A stretch of DNA of 64,000 bases from an uncultured delta proteobacterium (GCA_963760795.1 CAVXEP010000032.1:32001-96000), one strand, 5' to 3'; shown: positions 1 to 10,721, counted from the first letter of the stretch. Notes: generated by a model from the sequence alone, not told the origin. Numbers and translations are program-made.

Positions 1-1479
1 TGATGGCGGCGCGCACGGCAAATCGCGAGGAGGTGGCCGCTTCACGGAAACAGGTTACACGGCTGGAGCAGTTGTCTAGTTTCCGAGTTGCGGCCGGACG
101 CGGAAGGTCACTGAAGCGCTCAGTGTCGAAACTCATGGCAGCCTCCAGAAAACCGAGATCGTTACGTTGTCTCTGCTATTTCTTGGACTGGCGATCGCGC
201 TGACGATCAGCATGGCGGTGGTGCGCGCGGTGCTTGCGGGCGAGGCCGTGTGCGCGAAAGCAAGGAGCGGTTGACCAGCCTCAATGCGATGTTGGAGCAG
301 ACAGTGGACCAGCGCACGCAGGAGTTGCGCGAGATCAACGAAGATCTCGATCAGCGGGTCGTCCAAAGAACCCGAGCGCTGGGGGATTCGCAAAAGAAGC
401 TCCGTGCTTTTGTCGAGCAATTGACGCGCGCCGAAGAGCAGGAGCGGCACCGGTTGGCGAGCGAGTTGAACGACTACCTGGGGCAATTGCTGGTTGTCAG
501 CCAGATAAATCTCGGCCGCGCCGAAAAGTTTGCCGTGTCGGACAACGCCAAGAATGCGTTCACCGACGCCCGGCAATCGCTGGACGATTCGATCGCCTTC
601 ACACGCACGCTGATAGCGCAGCTGAGCCCGCAGGTGCTCTACGATCTCGGCCTGCCGGCGGCGCTCGCCTGGCTCGGCGAACAGATGGAGCAGCAGCATG
701 AGTTGCGGGTCGAGGTGGTCGGCGATTCCGCCGGCTTTGTGCTTGACGAGGCGCGCGCGATATTGGCCTTTCAGTGCGCCCGTGAACTGTTATGGAACGT
801 GGTCAAGCATGGCGCGACCCAAGAAGCGAGGGTTTGCTATGAGTTGAAAAATGGCGAGCTGAGGGTTGAGGTCGCGGACCGAGGCCGGGGGTTCGACCTG
901 GCCAACGTCGAAAGCCGGGCCGCCGGAAGCGAGAAGTTCGGACTGTTCGGCATGCGCCAACGTTTGGAACTTCATCAAGGTCGGCTGGTGGTCGAATCGG
1001 CGCCGGGGCAAGGAACTTCAGTGAAAGTGATCTTGCCGGTGGCGGTGGTGCCGGCGTTGCCGGCAGCTTCGATTAAGCCCCACGCGCCCGAAGAGTTTAG
1101 GGTCACGACGAACAAGCCTGTGCGCATCGCCTTGGTGGACGATCATGAGATGGTGCGCCAGGGACTGCGCTGGCTACTCGAAGACCACCAAGACATCCGG
1201 GTGGTCGGTGAAGCCAAAGGTGGCCGGGAGGCGATCGACCTGGCCCATGAGCTCAAGCCCGACGTAATCGTCATGGACGTTAACATGCCGGGGATGAATG
1301 GCATCGAGGCGACCCGGCGCATCGTTGAGGACCAGCCCGGGGTGATCGTCATCGGGCTATCGTTCGCCAGCGATCCGTCCATCCAAGCGGCGATGAAGAA
1401 TGCCGGCGCCTATGTTTGCGTGACCAAGGAGCGGGCGGCGGAGGATATCTATCGAGCGATCGTCGATGCCGTGAATTGA
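1..1479 (+). CDS. Hybrid sensor kinase (HisKA_3/HATPase_c + REC), copy 1; 5'-truncated by the window, with indels in the first ~250 nt
   Basis: ORF 250..1479 is nearly identical to the 3' part of 2191..4104. Motifs: ELNDYLGQ H-box, [10 protein letters not shown]-box, DRGRGFD G1, receiver VDDH/VMDV/VTKE. Confidence 0.8.
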
Positions 1480-1584
1480 GAGTCGCCAGGTAAGACATGA
1501 TCGGCGCCCATGATCTAAAGAATTTTCACCGACAAAGGTCCTAGTGCGGCGTAGCCGCGACCGAGGTTGGCTCGGCGGCCAGAG

Positions 1585-2145
1585 CGCCGACGAGCCTGAA
1601 GTTCAGGTCAGCGAAGACGATCCGTTTGCAGTTTTGCTTGCTTCGAGTACGAGGGGGGTTTCCCTGAAGGTTGCCTGGCAACCCAGGCGGACCTTGGTCT
1701 TTCATTCGGCGATGTCGGCGAGATCATCTGCCAAAGTCCGCTGGCGGCTCATGGCTATTACAAAAATCCCGGCGCGACGACGGTTTCATTTGGCGCTGGC
1801 TGGTTTTACACCGGCGATCTCGGCTACTTCGATGAGGAAGGTTTTTTATTTGTTTTGGGGTCGCAAGAAAGATATGGTTAACACTGGCGGCATCAGCGTC
1901 TATCCGCTGGAGATCGAGAGCGTGATTTACAGTCACCCCGATATTCTCGAAGCCGCGTCATAGGCGTGCCCAACCCGCAGTGGGGCGAGGCATTGAAAGC
2001 GGTGATCGTGCTCAAGCCCGGTGGTAAACTGGACAGTGTCGAGTTGTTGAGTTTTTGTAAAGAGCGGTTGGCGGCGTACAAAGTGACGAAGTCGGTGGAG
2101 TTGGTCGAGTCGCTGCCACACACGGAAGTGGCAAGGTGAACAAGA
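1585..2145 (+). pseudogene. Acyl-CoA synthetase (AMP-binding) remnant
   Basis: Pieces across frames read [24 protein letters not shown] / [23 protein letters not shown] / [25 protein letters not shown]; frameshifts and a large internal deletion. Confidence 0.85.
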
Positions 2146-2190
2146 TCCAGTACCTAAGATGTTCTTGCGGCTTTAATCTTGCGTGAAAGA

Positions 2191-4104
2191 ATGGCCATGA
2201 AGCTTATACCGCGGTTGCCCCCTCTCGGCGCAAGATGGCTGCTTTGGCTCGGCTGTGGCGGGCTGACAGCGATCCTGGTGTTGATTGGCATCATCGATTT
2301 TGTCAGGCTTCAAGCGATCGCGACGAGTTTCGAGAAAGATAAAAACGTCGCCAAGCCTCGCGCCTCGGCTGGGCAGGAATTGGAAATCAAAGTCCTTGGG
2401 TATTCGTTGAGCGTATGGCGATACCTGGGCGGTAGCGATGCGGCGCGCCAACGGGCGGCCAAAGAGGCAGCGGACGTGGCGCTGCAGCTCGACGGATATA
2501 CGGCGCTGGCCGAGACCGCGCGGCAACGGGAACTGGCGGCGCGGCTGCGCACCGGCTGGCAGGATGTTCACGCGTTGGGCGAGGCGCTGATGGCGGCGCG
2601 CACGGCGAATCGCGACAAGTCGGACCGCTTTTCGGAACAGGTTACTAGGCTGGAGCAGTTGTTAGATTCCGAGTTGCAGCCGGACGCGGAAATCATTTTT
2701 AGCCCGCTCAGTGCCGAAACTCATGGCAGCCTCCAGAAAACCGAGATCGTTACGTTGTCCCTGCTATTTCTTGGACTGGCGATCGCGCTGACGATCAGCA
2801 TGGCGGTGGTGCGCGCGGTGCTTGCGGGCGAAGCTCAATTGCGCGAAAGCAAGGAGCGGTTAACCAGCCTCAATGCGATGTTGGAGCAGACAGTGGACCA
2901 GCGCACGCAGGAGTTGCGCCAGATCAACGAAGATCTCGATCAGCGGGTCGTCCAAAGAACCCGAGCGCTGGGGGATTCGCAAAAGAAGCTCCGTGCTTTT
3001 GTCGAGCAATTGACGCGCGCCGAAGAGCAGGAACGGCACCGGTTGGCGAGCGAGTTGAACGACTACCTGGGGCAATTGCTGGTTGTCAGCCAGATAAATC
3101 TCGGCCGCGCCGAAAAGTTTGCCGTGTCGGACAACGCCAAGAATGCGTTCACCGACGCCCGGCAATCGCTGGACGATTCGATCGCCTTCACACGCACGCT
3201 CATAGCGCAGCTGAGCCCGCAGGTGCTCTACGATCTCGGCCTGCCGGCGGCGCTCGCCTGGCTCGGCGAACAGATGGAGCAGCAGCATGAGTTGCGGGTC
3301 GAGGTGGTCGGCGATTCCGCCGGCTTTGTGCTTGACGAGGCGCGCGCGATATTGGCCTTTCAGTGCGCCCGTGAACTGTTATGGAACGTGGTCAAGCATA
3401 GCGCGACCCAAGAAGCGAGGGTTTGCTATGAGTTGAAAAATGGCGAGCTGAGGGTTGAGGTCGCGGACCGAGGCCGGGGGTTCGACCTGGCCAACGTCGA
3501 AAGCCGGGCCGCCGGAAGCGAGAAGTTCGGACTGTTCGGCATGCGCCAACGTTTGGAACTTCATCAAGGTCGGCTGGTGGTCGAATCGGCGCCGGGGCAA
3601 GGAACTTCAGTGAAAGTGATCTTGCCGGTGGCGGTGGTGCCGGCGTTGCCGGCAGCTTCGATTAAGCCCCACGCGCCCGAAGAGTTTAGGGTCACGACGA
3701 ACAAGCCTGTGCGCATCGCCTTGGTGGACGATCATGAGATGGTGCGCCAGGGACTGCGCTGGCTACTCGAAGACCACCAAGACATCCGGGTGGTCGGTGA
3801 AGCCAAAGGTGGCCGGGAGGCGATCGACCTGGCCCATGAGCTCAAGCCCGACGTAATCGTCATGGACGTTAACATGCCGGGGATGAATGGCATCGAGGCG
3901 ACCCGGCGCATCGTTGAGGACCAGCCCGGGGTGATCGTCATCGGGCTATCGTTCGCCAGCGATCCGTCCATCCAAGCGGCGATGAAGAATGCCGGCGCCT
4001 ATGTTTGCGTGACCAAGGAGCGGGCGGCGGAGGATATCTATCGAGCGATTGTCGATGCCGTGAATCAACCGCTGCCACCTGGGCGGATCGATGACGCGCG
4101 GTAA
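2191..4104 (+). CDS. Membrane-bound hybrid sensor kinase (2 TM, periplasmic helical domain, HisKA_3, HATPase_c, NarL-type REC), copy 2
   Basis: Two hydrophobic segments, coiled coil, kinase boxes and C-terminal receiver; H-box reads ELND instead of ELHD. Confidence 0.9.
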   Translation: MAMKLIPRLPPLGARWLLWLGCGGLTAILVLIGIIDFVRLQAIATSFEKDKNVAKPRASAGQELEIKVLGYSLSVWRYLGGSDAARQRAAKEAADVALQLDGYTALAETARQRELAARLRTGWQDVHALGEALMAARTANRDKSDRFSEQVTRLEQLLDSELQPDAEIIFSPLSAETHGSLQKTEIVTLSLLFLGLAIALTISMAVVRAVLAGEAQLRESKERLTSLNAMLEQTVDQRTQELRQINEDLDQRVVQRTRALGDSQKKLRAFVEQLTRAEEQERHRLASELNDYLGQLLVVSQINLGRAEKFAVSDNAKNAFTDARQSLDDSIAFTRTLIAQLSPQVLYDLGLPAALAWLGEQMEQQHELRVEVVGDSAGFVLDEARAILAFQCARELLWNVVKHSATQEARVCYELKNGELRVEVADRGRGFDLANVESRAAGSEKFGLFGMRQRLELHQGRLVVESAPGQGTSVKVILPVAVVPALPAASIKPHAPEEFRVTTNKPVRIALVDDHEMVRQGLRWLLEDHQDIRVVGEAKGGREAIDLAHELKPDVIVMDVNMPGMNGIEATRRIVEDQPGVIVIGLSFASDPSIQAAMKNAGAYVCVTKERAAEDIYRAIVDAVNQPLPPGRIDDAR

Positions 4105-4145
4105 AGATTTTTCGCCCACGACGGTGCGACAGACATTGATCTTAG

Positions 4146-5132
4146 TCAGATTTTATCCATGATATCGCGGGCAAAGCTTTGCAGGGTCGTCTGCTTCGAC
4201 GGGCCGCAGGGGATGATCGTCAGCTCGTCGATGCCGGCGGCGAGGAACTGTTGCACTTTGTCTTTGAGTTGATCTGCCGTGCCGGCTAAAGCAAAGCGAT
4301 CGAGCCATTGATCGCGAACCAGATAGCTGTGCGCGGCGTCCATGTGATGGTAAGTGTTGTATTCTTGGCGCATGCGCGCGATTGCACTTCGGTCTTCCGG
4401 ATCCTCTAATTGGCCGCGGTCGTACAGACGCCCCAATTGCGTCATGGCGGTGCGCGCCACCACGCCTTTAACGGCGTTCCGGGCCTGCGCCGCGTCATCG
4501 TCGATGGCGCAGGGCAAGCGGTAGATGAACTCGACTTCTCCAGGCTTTCTCCCCGCCTCTTGGGCATAGCTTTGGATCTGCTGCACCAATTCGATTAGCG
4601 AATCCGACGCGCCGGCATGGATGAATCCCGCCGTCAGACGGCAAGCCATTTTCATGACCTGCGGCGCGCGGGTGCCAATATAGATGGGAATCTCGCCGCA
4701 GGGAAATAGACATTTGGCTGCCGTGCCATTGAATTCCACCGGCTCGCCGCGCAGGAGTTGTTTTAAGCTCAGTATGTCGGCTTCGAATTCAGTCACCGTC
4801 ACCGGTTGCATGCCGACGTTGGCCGGGCCGCTGGCGCCGACGCCGAAGCCAAGAAAAACGCGCCCACCGGTCAATTCGTGCAAGGTCGCCATGGCGCTGG
4901 CGGTGACGGTCAGATGGCGCACCACTGGGTGGGTGACGCCGGGGCCGATGGCGATTTTGTTGGTCGCCATGGCGATGGCGCCGGCGAGGACGTAGAGCTC
5001 GCGCCAGATCATGTGCGAATCGCCGATCCAGAATCGGTCGTAACCGAGAGCTTCGGCGCTACGCGCCAGCGCGACAGCTTCGCGGGCGTTGTCTGTGCCA
5101 TAGATGCCGACGCCGAATTTTATTCGAGCCAT
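4146..5132 (-). CDS. LLM-class flavin/F420-dependent oxidoreductase (Mer-like)
   Basis: AEALGYDRFWIGDSH, IGPGVTHPVVRH, ATLHELTGGRVFLGFGVG, IPIYIG motifs. Confidence 0.9.
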   Translation of the reverse strand: MARIKFGVGIYGTDNAREAVALARSAEALGYDRFWIGDSHMIWRELYVLAGAIAMATNKIAIGPGVTHPVVRHLTVTASAMATLHELTGGRVFLGFGVGASGPANVGMQPVTVTEFEADILSLKQLLRGEPVEFNGTAAKCLFPCGEIPIYIGTRAPQVMKMACRLTAGFIHAGASDSLIELVQQIQSYAQEAGRKPGEVEFIYRLPCAIDDDAAQARNAVKGVVARTAMTQLGRLYDRGQLEDPEDRSAIARMRQEYNTYHHMDAAHSYLVRDQWLDRFALAGTADQLKDKVQQFLAAGIDELTIIPCGPSKQTTLQSFARDIMDKI

Positions 5133-5352
5133 GGGTGTCCTCGCGCGCAATTGAGATATTAGCAGTGAGACCATCTTGCACCACGAAGGGCGCGAAGGCC
5201 ACGGAGGTAAGGAGAATTTCGCTGCTCGGGTGTTAAATTCGACCTGACCAGTCGATATCCCTTGCTTTGCTCATGACAGCTGCAAGATCGCTGTCATTTC
5301 GAGCGCAGCGAGAAATCTCTCCATCGTTGCTGAGCAGCCGATGCCTCTTTTC

Positions 5353-5484
5353 CGCGCACTGGCGTTCTACGCTTTTCATTGCAACTTCTGCAAGATCCAC
5401 AAAAAGCTCCGCTGCACTCCAGCGATGGAAGCCGAAGTTACTGGGAAAGTTTGGCAGCAAGCCGATATCGTCGATTTGCTGTGA
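5353..5484 (+). mobile_element. C-terminal remnant of an IS1-like transposase
   Basis: Frame from 5353 reads RALAFYAFHCNFCKIHKKLRCTPAMEAEVTGKVWQQADIVDLL*, matching the NF.RIH..LR.TPAM.AG.T...W tail I recall for IS1-like transposases; a possible terminal repeat (TTCAGACTGAACCACCAGC) lies at ~5743-5761. Confidence 0.65.
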
Positions 5485-5515
5485 TAAATGCAATTGATAT
5501 AGATTGACGGCCACT

Positions 5516-5719
5516 ATGGCAGAGCAAATCATTAAATGCGTCTTGTGTAGTCAACTCCTTGCAGTCGTAGCCGACATTTCAACAACGCAAACTTTGAAAA
5601 TTGCCGAAACGATACGGACAAAGGAATTAGACAATGGCGGCGTTATTATTTGCCCGAAGTGTTGGGCGTTGACTCCGATAGACGAAGAGATTCTAAAGAA
5701 GCTACCGTTAGACCTTTAG
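5516..5719 (+). CDS. Small zinc-ribbon-like protein (CxxC...CxxC), probable IS passenger
   Basis: 67 aa, CVLC and CPKC pairs, AT-richer than the flanks. Confidence 0.55.
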   Translation: MAEQIIKCVLCSQLLAVVADISTTQTLKIAETIRTKELDNGGVIICPKCWALTPIDEEILKKLPLDL

Positions 5720-5857
5720 ATGCGAGTCCCCTAATGTGAAAGTTCAGACTGAACCACCAGCCATTTCCAAAGTAGCTTGACGGCAAAACCGTTCCCGATG
5801 TACTCCTGAATAGACTTGGCGGATTAGGGATTTGGCGATGCGCTCGGATCGAGGGAG

Positions 5858-5927
5858 GTGGAGTAGGAAATGGAGTATTGGAGTCATGGGGTGATGGGAT
5901 TCCGATCCCAATACTCCATTACTTCCA
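5858..5927. repeat. Palindromic intergenic repeat (GGAGTATTGGAG / CCAATACTCC family)
   Basis: tggagtattggag...cccaatactcca inverted pair with 8-nt periodicity. Confidence 0.7.
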
Positions 5928-5941
5928 CAGAGATTGGCATT

Positions 5942-6919
5942 ATGCTGAAAAGCTTTTCGATCGCGATTCTGTTGGTGTTTGTTTTACCATCGGTTGGCGC
6001 AGCTCAATCCAAGATCAAGTTTCCCTACAGCATTACCAGCAAGAGTCTGGGTTATGGGCCCATGTTGGCGTCGGCGAAGCTGGGATTCATGGAACGCGAG
6101 GATTTGGAGCCGCAGTTGGTTTATGTGCGCGGCGCTGATAAATCTCTCGCGGCTGTGCTTAGCGGTTCGGTCTTCGTCTCCGCCTCCGGTTCGGATGCGC
6201 ATATCGCCGCGGTGGAGCGTGGCGTCGATCTGTCGATGATCGGCGGCACCATCAATGGCTTGTCGCAGGTCATCATGACGACCAAACAATTCCAAACGCT
6301 CAACGACTTGCGCGGTAAGATCATCGGCGCCACCAGCGCGACTTCCGGCTTGGGCTTTGCCCTGCGCCGTTATATGAAAGGCAAAGGCTTTGAATTTGGC
6401 CGCGACTATCAGATCCTCGCCACCGGCAGCGCCGGGCCGACATTGGCGGCGCTGGCGGCTGGGCAGGTGCAGGCGGCGGCGCTGGGAGTGCCATTAAACT
6501 TTATCGCCGCCGATCAGGGTTTTCACGGTGTCGGCCGGATCGTCGACGTTATCCCGAGCTACCAGTTCGGCGCGTTCACGGTTTCCCGCCCAGTAGCGGA
6601 GAAGAATCGACCGTTGATGGTGCGCTTCATGCGCGCCATGATCTCGGTGCATCGCTGGTTTTATGCTAACAAAGAAGCGGCGGTGGCGTTTATGGCGAAG
6701 GAGTTGGACATGACGTCGGATTACGCACGGCGCGGCTGGGAGTATTACGTCGAGCATAAGATTTGGCCCATGGACGCCAGCGTGAATATCGAGGGCATGA
6801 ATGTGGCGACGCAGATTTATTGGGAGGCGTCGCAGTCAAAGGGAGCGGCGCCGAGCGGGAGCAAGTACGTCGATCAGAGTTTTCAAAAAGATGCGCTAAA
6901 GGAACTGGCCGGGCGTTGA
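5942..6919 (+). CDS. ABC substrate-binding protein, NitT/TauT (SsuA/THI5-like) family
   Basis: Signal peptide; GFMEREDLE, DLRGKIIGAT, AALAAGQVQAA motifs. Confidence 0.9.
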   Translation: MLKSFSIAILLVFVLPSVGAAQSKIKFPYSITSKSLGYGPMLASAKLGFMEREDLEPQLVYVRGADKSLAAVLSGSVFVSASGSDAHIAAVERGVDLSMIGGTINGLSQVIMTTKQFQTLNDLRGKIIGATSATSGLGFALRRYMKGKGFEFGRDYQILATGSAGPTLAALAAGQVQAAALGVPLNFIAADQGFHGVGRIVDVIPSYQFGAFTVSRPVAEKNRPLMVRFMRAMISVHRWFYANKEAAVAFMAKELDMTSDYARRGWEYYVEHKIWPMDASVNIEGMNVATQIYWEASQSKGAAPSGSKYVDQSFQKDALKELAGR

Positions 6920-6937
6920 CCCGAAGGAGGTAGCTAA

Positions 6938-8020
6938 ATGAAACGGATTGCAGATAGTTTTCCCCTGTTCGCGTTGGTCGCGATGCTCGTAACGTCGACA
7001 ACCCAGGCGGCGGAGCGGCCCTATTATCAGGGCAAGACGGTTACCTTCTTTATCAATTTCAGCGCCGGCGGTCCGACGGATATCGAAGGGCGCATTGTCG
7101 CGCGCCATCTGGCGCGCCATGTGCCGGGGAATCCAACCATTGTCGTGCAGAATATGTCCGGCGGCGGCGGCGTCACCGGTATCAACTTTCTCGGCGAGCG
7201 GGCCAAGCAGGATGGGTTAACCTTGGGATATTTCACCGGCCCCTATAACCATCAAATGATGAAGAGCTCGACACTGCGCGTCGATTTGATGAAAGTGCCG
7301 TTTATCGCGGCGGTGGCGGGCGTCACCGTTTGTTACATTCGCTCCGATGTCGCGCCGGGGATCAAGAAACCGACGGACATTGCCAAGGCCGAGCGGTTTC
7401 GCGCCGGCGGTCTGTCATTCGACAGCAACAAGGACCTGCGTTTTCGCTTGGCCTTCGATGTGCTCGGCGTCAAGTACGATTACGTGACGGGCTACAACAG
7501 CAGCAACGACGCGCGGCTGGCGGTGCAGCGCAACGAGATCCAATATCACGACGAAAATATTCCCGGCTACCGCGGCGTGGTCGAGCCGCAGATGGTCAAG
7601 ACCGGCATGGTCACGCCGCTCTATTATCACGATGTCATAAAGCCCGATGGGACGATGGCGAAGAGCCCGGACTATCCCGAGCTCAATTCTTTTACCGAAG
7701 TGTATACGCAGATCAATGGCAAGGCGCCGAGCGGCATGAAGTACGAAGCGCTCAAGGCCGCCAACATGGCGAGCCAAAATTTGAACCGCGTCGCTCTATT
7801 GCCGCCCAACTCTCCCAAAGAGTCGGTGCTGGCGATGCGCCAAGCGTTCAGTCAGCTCGCCAAGGACGAAGATTTCATCGCCGAAGCGAAAAAGGTCATG
7901 CGCTTCCAGCCGCGTTTCGAAGTCGGCGAAGACGGCGAGAAACTGCGCGAGCGGGTGCTGCGGGCGCCCAAGGAGATTATCGAGTTTGTTCAGAAGTATA
8001 TTGAGGACGCGAGAAAATAG
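6938..8020 (+). CDS. TctC/Bug-like tripartite tricarboxylate transporter binding protein
   Basis: YYQGKTVT..FSAGGPTD..RHVPGNPTIVVQNMSGGGG; RBS AAGGAGG. Confidence 0.85.
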   Translation: MKRIADSFPLFALVAMLVTSTTQAAERPYYQGKTVTFFINFSAGGPTDIEGRIVARHLARHVPGNPTIVVQNMSGGGGVTGINFLGERAKQDGLTLGYFTGPYNHQMMKSSTLRVDLMKVPFIAAVAGVTVCYIRSDVAPGIKKPTDIAKAERFRAGGLSFDSNKDLRFRLAFDVLGVKYDYVTGYNSSNDARLAVQRNEIQYHDENIPGYRGVVEPQMVKTGMVTPLYYHDVIKPDGTMAKSPDYPELNSFTEVYTQINGKAPSGMKYEALKAANMASQNLNRVALLPPNSPKESVLAMRQAFSQLAKDEDFIAEAKKVMRFQPRFEVGEDGEKLRERVLRAPKEIIEFVQKYIEDARK

Positions 8021-8021
8021 A

Positions 8022-8056
8022 CCGTTCGATGTCCAAGGGTTCAAGGTTCAAGGTTT
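8022..8056. repeat. GTTCAAG heptamer repeat (second copy at 11545-11580)
   Basis: ggttcaaggttcaagg occurs directly after stop codons at both sites. Confidence 0.7.
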
Positions 8057-8073
8057 TCGCAGGGGGATTCTCA

Positions 8074-9054
8074 ATGACGAAGTTTCTGCCGCACTTTTCA
8101 TTAGTTCTGATCTTGGTTGCGGCAAATGCTTTGGCGCAGGAGAAAGTGAAATTTCCCATCAGCGCCTCGTCGAAGACCCTGGGCTACAGTCCGCTGTGGG
8201 TGGCGAGCAAGCTGGGTTTTTTCGATAAGCAGAACTTGGATGTCCAGCTGGTGCTGGTATCGGGGGCCGACAAGTCGACCATGGCGCTGGTCGGCGGCTC
8301 GGTGAACGTCTCCAGCGGCGGCGCCGATACGGTGATCGCGGCGGTGGAGCAGGGCGCGGACCTGGTGTCCATCGGCGGCGTCATCAATGGTCTGACGCAC
8401 TACATCATGGGTGGCAAGAAATTTAAGTCCTTCGAAGATCTGCGCGGCGCCAATCTCGGCTCGTCGGGGCTGACTTCCGGCACGGCGTTTGTGCTGCGCC
8501 GGGTCTTGCGGGCGAAGGGGCTGGAGTATCCGCGCGATTATAATCTGATCAACGTCGGCGGATCGGCGCAGGCGTTTCTGTCGCTGACCGCCGGGAGAAT
8601 TGATGCGGCGATCATCGCCGTACCGCTCAATTACGAAGCGGCGCAGATGGGCTATCCGGTGATCGCTAAAGTCGTCGACTACATTCCCAACTATCAGTTG
8701 ACCGAAGTCACGGTGAAACGGGCCTGGGCGGAGAAGAACCGTGGCTTGACCGTGCGCTTCATGAAAGGTTTAATTCACGCCATGCGCTGGATGCATGACA
8801 ACAAGGATCCGGCCATCGAGTTCTTATCCAAGGAAATGCAGTTAAAGCCCGAGCAGGCGCGCCGCGGCTGGGACTATTACACCGAAAACAAGATCTGGCC
8901 GCCAAACGCCGAGACCAACATCGAAGGCGTGCGCACGGTGATCCAAATTGCCGCCGAGCGCGGCCAGTTCAAAGGTGGCGCGCTGCCGCAGCCGGCGAAG
9001 TATCTCGATCACAGCTACGTTGAGGAAGCTTTAAAGGAGTTGGGAAAAAGATAG
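8074..9054 (+). CDS. ABC substrate-binding protein, NitT/TauT family
   Basis: Paralog of 5942..6919 and 31365..32351 (KFP..SK.LGY; GLEYPRDY). Confidence 0.9.
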   Translation: MTKFLPHFSLVLILVAANALAQEKVKFPISASSKTLGYSPLWVASKLGFFDKQNLDVQLVLVSGADKSTMALVGGSVNVSSGGADTVIAAVEQGADLVSIGGVINGLTHYIMGGKKFKSFEDLRGANLGSSGLTSGTAFVLRRVLRAKGLEYPRDYNLINVGGSAQAFLSLTAGRIDAAIIAVPLNYEAAQMGYPVIAKVVDYIPNYQLTEVTVKRAWAEKNRGLTVRFMKGLIHAMRWMHDNKDPAIEFLSKEMQLKPEQARRGWDYYTENKIWPPNAETNIEGVRTVIQIAAERGQFKGGALPQPAKYLDHSYVEEALKELGKR

Positions 9055-9055
9055 G

Positions 9056-10033
9056 ATGAAAAAGAAACCGACTAAAAAGACTACGAAAAAGACTAAAAGC
9101 ACCAAAGCTAGCTCCGCGAAAATTAAAACGAGCGCCAAGCCGAAAGTTCGCGCTGCCAAAGCCCGGGCGAGTTGGCAAGCGCAGCGGCGTCACTTCGTTC
9201 ACGACGGTTTGAAAATGCATTATTGGGAATGGGGCGATCCCAAGGAGGAGACCTACGTCTTCGTCCACGGCGTGCGCGATCAAGGGCGCAGTTGGGATCA
9301 TTTTCTCGACGAGCTGATCAGCCGCGGCGTGCCGATCAAGCATGCGGTGGCGCTCGACCTGCGCGGCCATGGCGACAGCGAGTGGCCGAGCACCAGCCGG
9401 GGCTACGCCCATGAAGACTTTCTCACCGATCTCGCCGGATTGCTCAAGCACTTGGACAAAGATCCAGTGACGATCATCGGCCATTCGCTGGGCGGCAGCA
9501 TGTGTTTGCTCTACGCCGGCACGTTTCCGGAAAGGGTCAAGCGCATGGTGCTGCTCGAATCCCTCGGTCCATTCGCGCGCAGCGACGATGAAGTGCCGAG
9601 TATCATGGCCGAGCGGTTGAAGGGCCGAGACTACGTCGAGATTCCCTTCCCCCACAAAACCTTGGAGGCGGCGGCGAAGGCGATCCAGAAAACTTACCCG
9701 CTGATCCCCGATAAGGCGGCGCTGCATATGGCCCAGCATGGCACCAACACCAATGGCGGCCGCTACCGCTGGAAGCATGATCCGATCCTGCGTTACCGGA
9801 CGACCACGGCGATGTCCGAAGGTCAGATCGAAGCTTTCATTCGGCGATTGAAGTGTCCGATCCTGTTTGTCTACGGTACTGAGAGCGATTTCATGAAGTC
9901 CGTGCGCGGCCATCGCGCGCAGCTTTTTCCCAACGCCAAGATCGTCCCGATCGAAGGCGCCGGGCATCATATACCGCATGAAAAACCGGTTGAGTTGGCG
10001 GAGGTGGTAGTTCCGTTCTTGTTGCAGGATTAA
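9056..10033 (+). CDS. Alpha/beta hydrolase with Lys-rich N-terminal extension
   Basis: FVHG, DLRGHGDS, GHSLGG nucleophile elbow, GAGHH catalytic His. Confidence 0.9.
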   Translation: MKKKPTKKTTKKTKSTKASSAKIKTSAKPKVRAAKARASWQAQRRHFVHDGLKMHYWEWGDPKEETYVFVHGVRDQGRSWDHFLDELISRGVPIKHAVALDLRGHGDSEWPSTSRGYAHEDFLTDLAGLLKHLDKDPVTIIGHSLGGSMCLLYAGTFPERVKRMVLLESLGPFARSDDEVPSIMAERLKGRDYVEIPFPHKTLEAAAKAIQKTYPLIPDKAALHMAQHGTNTNGGRYRWKHDPILRYRTTTAMSEGQIEAFIRRLKCPILFVYGTESDFMKSVRGHRAQLFPNAKIVPIEGAGHHIPHEKPVELAEVVVPFLLQD

Positions 10034-10177
10034 ATAACTGGTTCCAAAGGTTTTATCGGTTGCAAGTGTTCCAGTCGTTTTCAGACGGGCGCGGTGCAGC
10101 CACGCAGCCACCATCGGGTTTTGAATTCCTACTATTGTAGCGGCTGGAACTATTGGAACCCTAACAGTGAGGTAATT

Positions 10178-10630
10178 ATGTTCTTATCCGCCGAAAAGAT
10201 CGCCGCCATGGCAGGCGAGCATCGCGTTCACTTCGTCAATCCGGCAGCCAAGCGCATAAACAAGTCGCTGGGCGATGCCGCCGGCCTTAAGAATCTTGGC
10301 ATCCATATGATGACGGTGGCGCCCGGCGATCGCTCGTCGGAGTATCACAGCCATCGTTACGAGGATGAAGCGATCTATGTGATTTCCGGGCGGGGGACGG
10401 CGGTGATCGGCGAAGAATCCTTCAAGATAGGCCCGGGCGATTTCCTCGGTTTCCCCGGTGGCGGCCCGGCTCACGAGACATTCAACGACGGCAATGAACC
10501 GCTGGTCTGCCTCGTCATAGGACTGCGGCTGGCGCAAGATGTCGTCGACTACCCGCGTGCCGGCAAACGGCTGTACCGCAACAGCGGCCAGCGCGATATG
10601 GTGGACTATCCGAATATTACCAAGCGTTGA
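10178..10630 (+). CDS. Cupin domain protein
   Basis: LGDAAGL..G, YHSH..EDEAIYVISG, FPGGGPAH motifs. Confidence 0.9.
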   Translation: MFLSAEKIAAMAGEHRVHFVNPAAKRINKSLGDAAGLKNLGIHMMTVAPGDRSSEYHSHRYEDEAIYVISGRGTAVIGEESFKIGPGDFLGFPGGGPAHETFNDGNEPLVCLVIGLRLAQDVVDYPRAGKRLYRNSGQRDMVDYPNITKR

Positions 10631-10721
10631 GCTATTTCTTTTCGCTGCACTCGCCAGTTAATTTCAAACTGTGCTATGAAAATCTTATGACTCGAAGCAC
10701 TCGTCTGTCTGGAGGTACGCA

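Larger units (their letters stand above)
1..4066 (+). repeat. ~1.48 kb direct duplication (1-1477 vs ~2588-4066)
   Basis: Constant 2589-nt offset (e.g. identical antisense ORFs 790..1011 and 3379..3600); only a handful of SNPs after position ~250. Confidence 0.95.

Noticed and set aside
8969-10114. Long antisense ORFs (also 10743..11615, 11766..12830, 16557..17441, 40402..41664)
   Set aside because: Shadows of GC-rich genes with clear family motifs on the opposite strand.
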